A stretch of DNA of 64,000 nt from Zygnema circumcarinatum SAG 698-1b (taxonomy: Eukaryota; Plantae; Zygnematophyceae): NCBI GenBank assembly GCA_037447605.1, contig CM074805.1, forward strand, positions 62,001 to 126,000. Direction: 5' to 3'. This document shows positions 58,380-64,000 of the stretch, piece by piece. The translations under genes were made by a program, and so were the position numbers. Every line of letters begins with the position of its first letter. Position 1 is the stretch's first letter. A model generated the notes under the pieces. The model had not been told where the DNA came from and did not search any database. It saw nothing but the letters and a program-made list of their open reading frames with translations.

Positions 58380-60197
58380 GGCTGCTCCGCCTCCTGCCCT
58401 CTCAATGGTGGCCCCGGAGCCTCTGAAAGCCTTCTTACTCACAGCTTCAAGTTTCTGCGGACACGAGAGCTTCGCCCGAGCAAGAAGGGCACGCACGCGC
58501 GCGCGTCACACATAGGCGCATCCGCGACCATGAGCATGAAATCCAATTCTCTGGCCACGGCGGCCTCCTGAGGACACTGCGCATGAGGAAGCAGCCATGG
58601 CGACCGTCTTCCCGCACCTCACTGTAGTGCACGGGCACTATCCGGCGGAGCAGTGGCGGCAGCAGCCTCCCCTCCCGCAGGGCTTCCTCCCGCTCCCGCT
58701 CCCGCTCCCGCTCCCGCTCCCGCTCCCGCTCCCCTCCCGCTCCCTCCCCCTCCCCCTCCCCNNNNNNNNNNCCCTCCCCCTCTCCCTCTCCTTCCCCCTC
58801 CTCCCCCTTCGCGGGAGCGCCAGCCATCGCTCTGGGCGGAAGGCGAGGCCCCCTTGGGGCTACTGTACGGAATGACTGTACGGCCATGTCACGAGCTGCG
58901 CCAATGCCGGATTTGTGGCCGTTCTATGCAGAGAAAAAAGTGACTGTGACTGTGACTGCGACGGCCGTTTCGTGTGACAGCGAACCGTTTGCTGTGTGCA
59001 GCAGTCCGTGCGATTTCTGCACAGATCGCGGGTGGGGCCCATCGCGATTCCAACCATTGGCAATGTAAACCAGTGGTTGGCAGCCACGCCAACGCTTGCC
59101 AGGGAGGAAAATGAAATGAATTGTCATTACAAATGCGCATGGACAAGTGCAAATGTGAGCCAAGACTCGAGGGCGCTCACAAACACGGCCCTGCACTGGC
59201 GGCTTTCCGCCTGCAATAAAGAATAGGAATAGGAGCCTGCACAGCATGAAGAATGTTCGTGGGAGAAAGTTGGTAACTGCGCAAACTTGTGAACCACGAA
59301 GCATTTGCAAGCATGCCGTGCTACACAGACCAGTATCGGGTTCCAAGTTCAACCATGGCAGTCTGTCCTTCGCCGGAATGAGGAACGCTCTAAAAAACGG
59401 GGAGCCAAACCGGGGGAAGCCGCACTTGACGCACTAGTCAGTGCCACATTCATTATTTTTTCTTAAAAAGGCCAGGTTCGCAGGATTTTGTCGCCCCCAA
59501 GGCTCGCCGGGACACATGGTTTTGCAAGTGATCTTACTTCCGGCGCACGTATTTCATGATGGTCCTTCTGCCGACTTTCACCAGCGGCGGAATTGTTTTT
59601 TGTGAGCTAAAAGGAGGTGATTGCTTGCACTGATGCAAAGACAGCAGAGACTGTGATAGGTGTTTTGTCACACCCCCCGCAAACTGGACTGTGTCGACTG
59701 GCCTGCCCTAGCCCCCCCACCAAAGCAAGACCGACAGTGACAGGCTTGAATCCCCAAAGTGCTGCTTGGGAAATCATCATCGTTTATGCAAAGCAAGTAG
59801 AGTCTGTACAACGCGACGATGTCAACTTATAAGAAACCAGCTTGAGTGTCATGGCGCGGATTACATTTATTCGCTCCACTCATGCAAAAAGGGATGGGTC
59901 TACGGCTAAGGAGCTCCTCTAAGGAGCTGCAAGTAATAGGCGCATGCTGCGGAGTAGGAGAGTGACTCTTCGATGACCATCAGCGCCTTAAAAGGCCAAG
60001 ACATCGTTTCCTGCCATCGGCCACCTCCGCAGTCTTCAGCCTCATGGGCACGCACGCCCTTCTTTTAAATTAAGAATGCACTGGACCCGTCGTCGATGCC
60101 AGGACGTGTTATGTATCGGAAAATAAAAATCCAGCAGCCTTGTCAGGTTGAGAATTAATGAATGCCTTTTGGTTACTTTCAACTAAACCTGCGAACT

Positions 60198-63072
60198 TCA
60201 GCTGAACGGTGGATCTCCTTGACGCAGCAGTTCCATGTACATAAGCTCGTTCCAGATGTCAGGTACGCCAGGCAAGCACCAATGGCTGCGAAATCCCAAC
60301 AAATGGTCAGAAGGTTGCGATTTCAGTTCTTAAAAAAAGCATAAATCTGTCTCATAAGCCATAGCTGCTGAATTCATTAACAATGTAACACTCTCCTGAT
60401 GACTTTGCAGGGCACCTCATCCAGAATCTGGATGAGGCACCCAGAATGGCAATGCATGAGATGACGGCGCAGAGAGCATCTTCCCCCACCTGCAGTCGAA
60501 CCACGAGCGGCCTACGCCGCGCGCGGTGTGCCCGTCCCTCCGCGCGGCGGAGAGCGCGTGGATGTCGAGGAAGGTCATTGGCCGGCGCATGCCCGCAATG
60601 GCCTCCTTGGTAGACTCGGTGAAGTGAAGGCTCGCCACCCTGCTAACATTCGGCTCGGGAACGAGATCCGGGCACTTCCCTCCCGTCTTCCAGTCACCAC
60701 CCCTGTAAACCCAAAAAACTGTTCTGCACGGTTGCAGAGCGTACGGGCTTCTACACGAAAGGAACTCATACCCCAAATCGTTGTTTTTCTAGTACGGCCT
60801 GCTATCAACTAACAAAAATGGTTGGCAAGCTGCTTGACAGTCTACATTTAAGGATATGTCGGAAATTCAAGAAGGGGGACCTCACATGAAGTGAGTCGGT
60901 GAATAGCCGCGGAAGAACACCTGCTTGCTGGTGCGGTCGAGAGAGTCTGCCCACTTGGCAAGCGAATGCATGGTCCTTTCAAATGCCTTGACCTCGTCGA
61001 TGTCCGGCCGCAATGTTCCATTCACCGCGAAGAAAATTCCTCTGCTCCATACAACCACCGGCGCTCAGCGCTCTTTCTCGCATTCTCACTTTTCGTCTCT
61101 CCTTTCCTCCCACCCTCTCTCGCAATGTCTCTCTTTGAACAGGATGCACTCTATATGGAAACAATGAACATTCGGTTTTGGAAGGAGAAACCCACTCCTT
61201 GAACGTTTTGTCCGGGTTCAGCCAATGCCCCAAACTGAGCACCACAACGTCCGCATCCTTCACTCTGCGAGTCCATGCCTCGTCCAGCGCGTCGACCTGC
61301 AGCAGCGCCGACACCTGCCCCCGCAGAGCAGCAGGGCAGCGAAGTGGCCCATACGCCGGCCCTCAGAAAGGACCTCAGACCGCAATCAGCTGCACTCTGA
61401 CTTCAGCAGAAATCAAGGATACAGATGCTTGTCCTTGGAAAGGAAACAGGGGGAAATATTCGCAGACAGGACCATGCTTCTGGTGTATTTAATTTTGCAT
61501 TTTGATGGATGCAAGTCGTCAAACACCTGGAAGAAGAAGGCGTCCATGGCAAAGACGATAAAAACCAATTTGCTCCTTCGCAGCCACATTAAAATGACGT
61601 AGACAGCTTGTTTCTCACATTTTCAGGTGCGTCCTTCGGAGCAGGAATTGGCGCAATGAGGAAGTTCGATCGGGCGTATTCAATGGTAATTTTAAACTCC
61701 ACAAATGCAAATCCAGCACTCAGAGTATCGTGGCCAATAATCCCATGAAACCCTGGCTTCTGCACATCCCCACATGTGAAGCAAAGGGGGAATTGAAAAC
61801 TAAGTAGGGTTGATCTCCAGTCACGCTTTCTGAGGCTGCAGACTTCATGGATGCACAATTCTGACAGCAGACGAGCAATTGGAGGTCATACTTTGAGTGC
61901 ACGATTGGGCGTATTCCACGACATGTACTGTCTCATGGAAAATGTCTGCTAGGTCTGGGATAACTTTCAAACGAAGTTCTGGCAATGGAAAACACAAGAC
62001 CACTAGAGCCGGAACTTGTACGAATGCAGGCCTTCACGATTCAACGTGATGGAGGCACTCTTAACTCGAATAGAAAAATCCCACTTTATTTGACTGGTGA
62101 ATCGGCCATTGAAGTATTTTTCTCATTTGAATACACGAATCAATGCCCAGCAAACGTGCGGCTTATGCCGTACAAGAAGTTCGCGCCCGAAACTGACCTT
62201 GGAAACCAGAGTAGTGTTCACTCCCGCCCAGACCATACAGAGCAGAGAAGTAAACTGGTTTCGTGCCATAGAGTCCCCAACAAACAGAAAGTGCCGGCCT
62301 CGCATACGCCTTCGAAAGTCCGCTGCATTAAATCTGCCCAAGGTTGTCCATGTCAGCTGAGGAAATATAGAAACACAGACAAGCATGGAACATCAAGGTA
62401 AACAAGTAGCATCAGATAAGTTCACAGGAATGATAACGAATCGAATCCGCATTCAATGTCATATTAATGAATGGAGAATTCGTCCTTGAACCGAGCAGAA
62501 GCCACAAACTCATCGTGCATGAGGAGTCTTGGGAGCACTATTAAAGTGCTCCCTACAAAGGAGCACGCACCTCAACATTCAAATTACACTATTGCAGAGG
62601 ACAAAAAGACAGACAAAAAAGTCTACTTAGACTCCATTTGCGCAGATCATGACATTAGTACTAAGCCATAATCGTGATCGACCTCGTTATATTGCAGCCA
62701 TGCGGCTGCCACCTCAGCTTCGTGAACGTGAAGTCTGTGCGGCCCATAGCTTGGCAGTGATGCATGGTGTCATTCAGAGGACAGTTTGATCTGGACCAGA
62801 GCGGATATCTTTCATCGTAAACCCATCGGCCCGACCACAAATCGCACTTGCTTGAAAAAGAACTTCGCTGTGCGGCTTCCTCCGGATTGTCCGCAAAGTG
62901 CTTTCGAACCCAAGAATGAAGCTCATTGAAGTCTAGACCGACTAGGAACTGGGTGTAGCTGCCTGAACTAGGTTTTCTAGATGCTGCTCCTCCCCGCAGC
63001 ATTGAAACTGAAAGAACGGAACAGCTATTGGTTAGAGACATTCTTTCCTTCCTTCCCTACATCCAATGGCAG

Positions 63073-63146
<74 letters not shown>

Positions 63147-63415
63147 GTCTCTCCCTCTCTCCTTCTCTCCCCCTCCATTTTACGTAATGGTCACCTCCTC
63201 CCCTCTGTCTCACCCTCTCTCTCGCTGCACCCATGTCCGCCCGTCCTCCCGCGCCTTGCCCTGAACAACAGGAGGCCACCCTTACCTCCGTACAGGGGCC
63301 AGTAGAGAAGCGCGCACACGAGCCCCGCGAGGCACAGCGCCGCTCCCATGTTCCTCGCCCTCCTGTTCCTGCCGCCCGGCGCGCCTGGCGGCCCATCCTT
63401 CCCGCTCCTCCGCAT
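60198..63415 (-). CDS. TBL: Trichome-birefringence-like (PMR5N + PC-esterase) polysaccharide O-acetyltransferase
   Basis: Exon 1 (63415-63286) has a TM anchor. [27 protein letters not shown]; [23 protein letters not shown] (GDS); [10 protein letters not shown]; [11 protein letters not shown]; [15 protein letters not shown]; DCS|[14 protein letters not shown] (DxxH). Confidence 0.95.
63075..63138. repeat. (CT)n microsatellite in TBL intron 1
   Basis: About 32 units. Confidence 0.95.
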
Positions 63416-63539
63416 GGCGCGATGGCGGACCTCGGGCCCGCTCTCTCCCTCTTCCCCGCCTGCCTGCCGGCCCGGGCGGGCAGGGGCGGGGGCGGGAAGC
63501 GGCAGGCGCGCAGGCAGTGGCCGGCCTCTTCCACCTCCC

Positions 63540-63818
<279 letters not shown>

Positions 63819-64000
63819 GGGCGGACCCGCCCTTCCCGCTCAGCGCTCGGCCCCGTCCTTCCGATCGCGGCTGGCTGGCTGGCTGCCTGCCTGCCTGCCT
63901 GCTTGCCTGCCCGTGCGAAGGGAGGTTCGAAAGCGCGGAAGGCGGGCCACGTTCCGCTCCCTCCCTCCCAGTACAGTACCTGCCTCCTCAGTAGGGATGG

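Overview
Eukaryotic nuclear DNA: GC-rich, intron-rich and microsatellite-dense. Plant-type EFR3, TBL and TLDc genes suggest a streptophyte alga (inference, not proven). It is a draft scaffold with five 10-N gaps. From left to right it holds a decayed Ty3/gypsy LTR retrotransposon cut by a gap, condensin II subunit CAP-D3 (+, 12 exons), a PlsC-family acyltransferase (-), an orphan single-exon ORF with a G-box-rich upstream region (-), an AT-rich 2.5-kb non-coding cassette, EFR3 (-), a NOT4-type RING protein lacking an RRM (+), kinesin-10/Kid-like (-), HRD3/SEL1L-like (+), a TLDc protein (-) and a TBL O-acetyltransferase (-). The cassette contains a 1,016-bp foldback element with a perfect 8-bp TSD and a 12-unit 42-bp array, each unit carrying a 17-bp palindrome. 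The most notable observations are that cassette, three unusual CAP-D3 introns (about 985-nt A-free 3' end implying a distant branch point, a GC-AG intron, complementary CCCT/AGGG ends), exon-scale hyper-GC islands and two unusual protein architectures. Gene models were built by hand from splice signals, frame continuity and remembered family motifs; no database search was run. No rRNA, tRNA or CRISPR array was seen.
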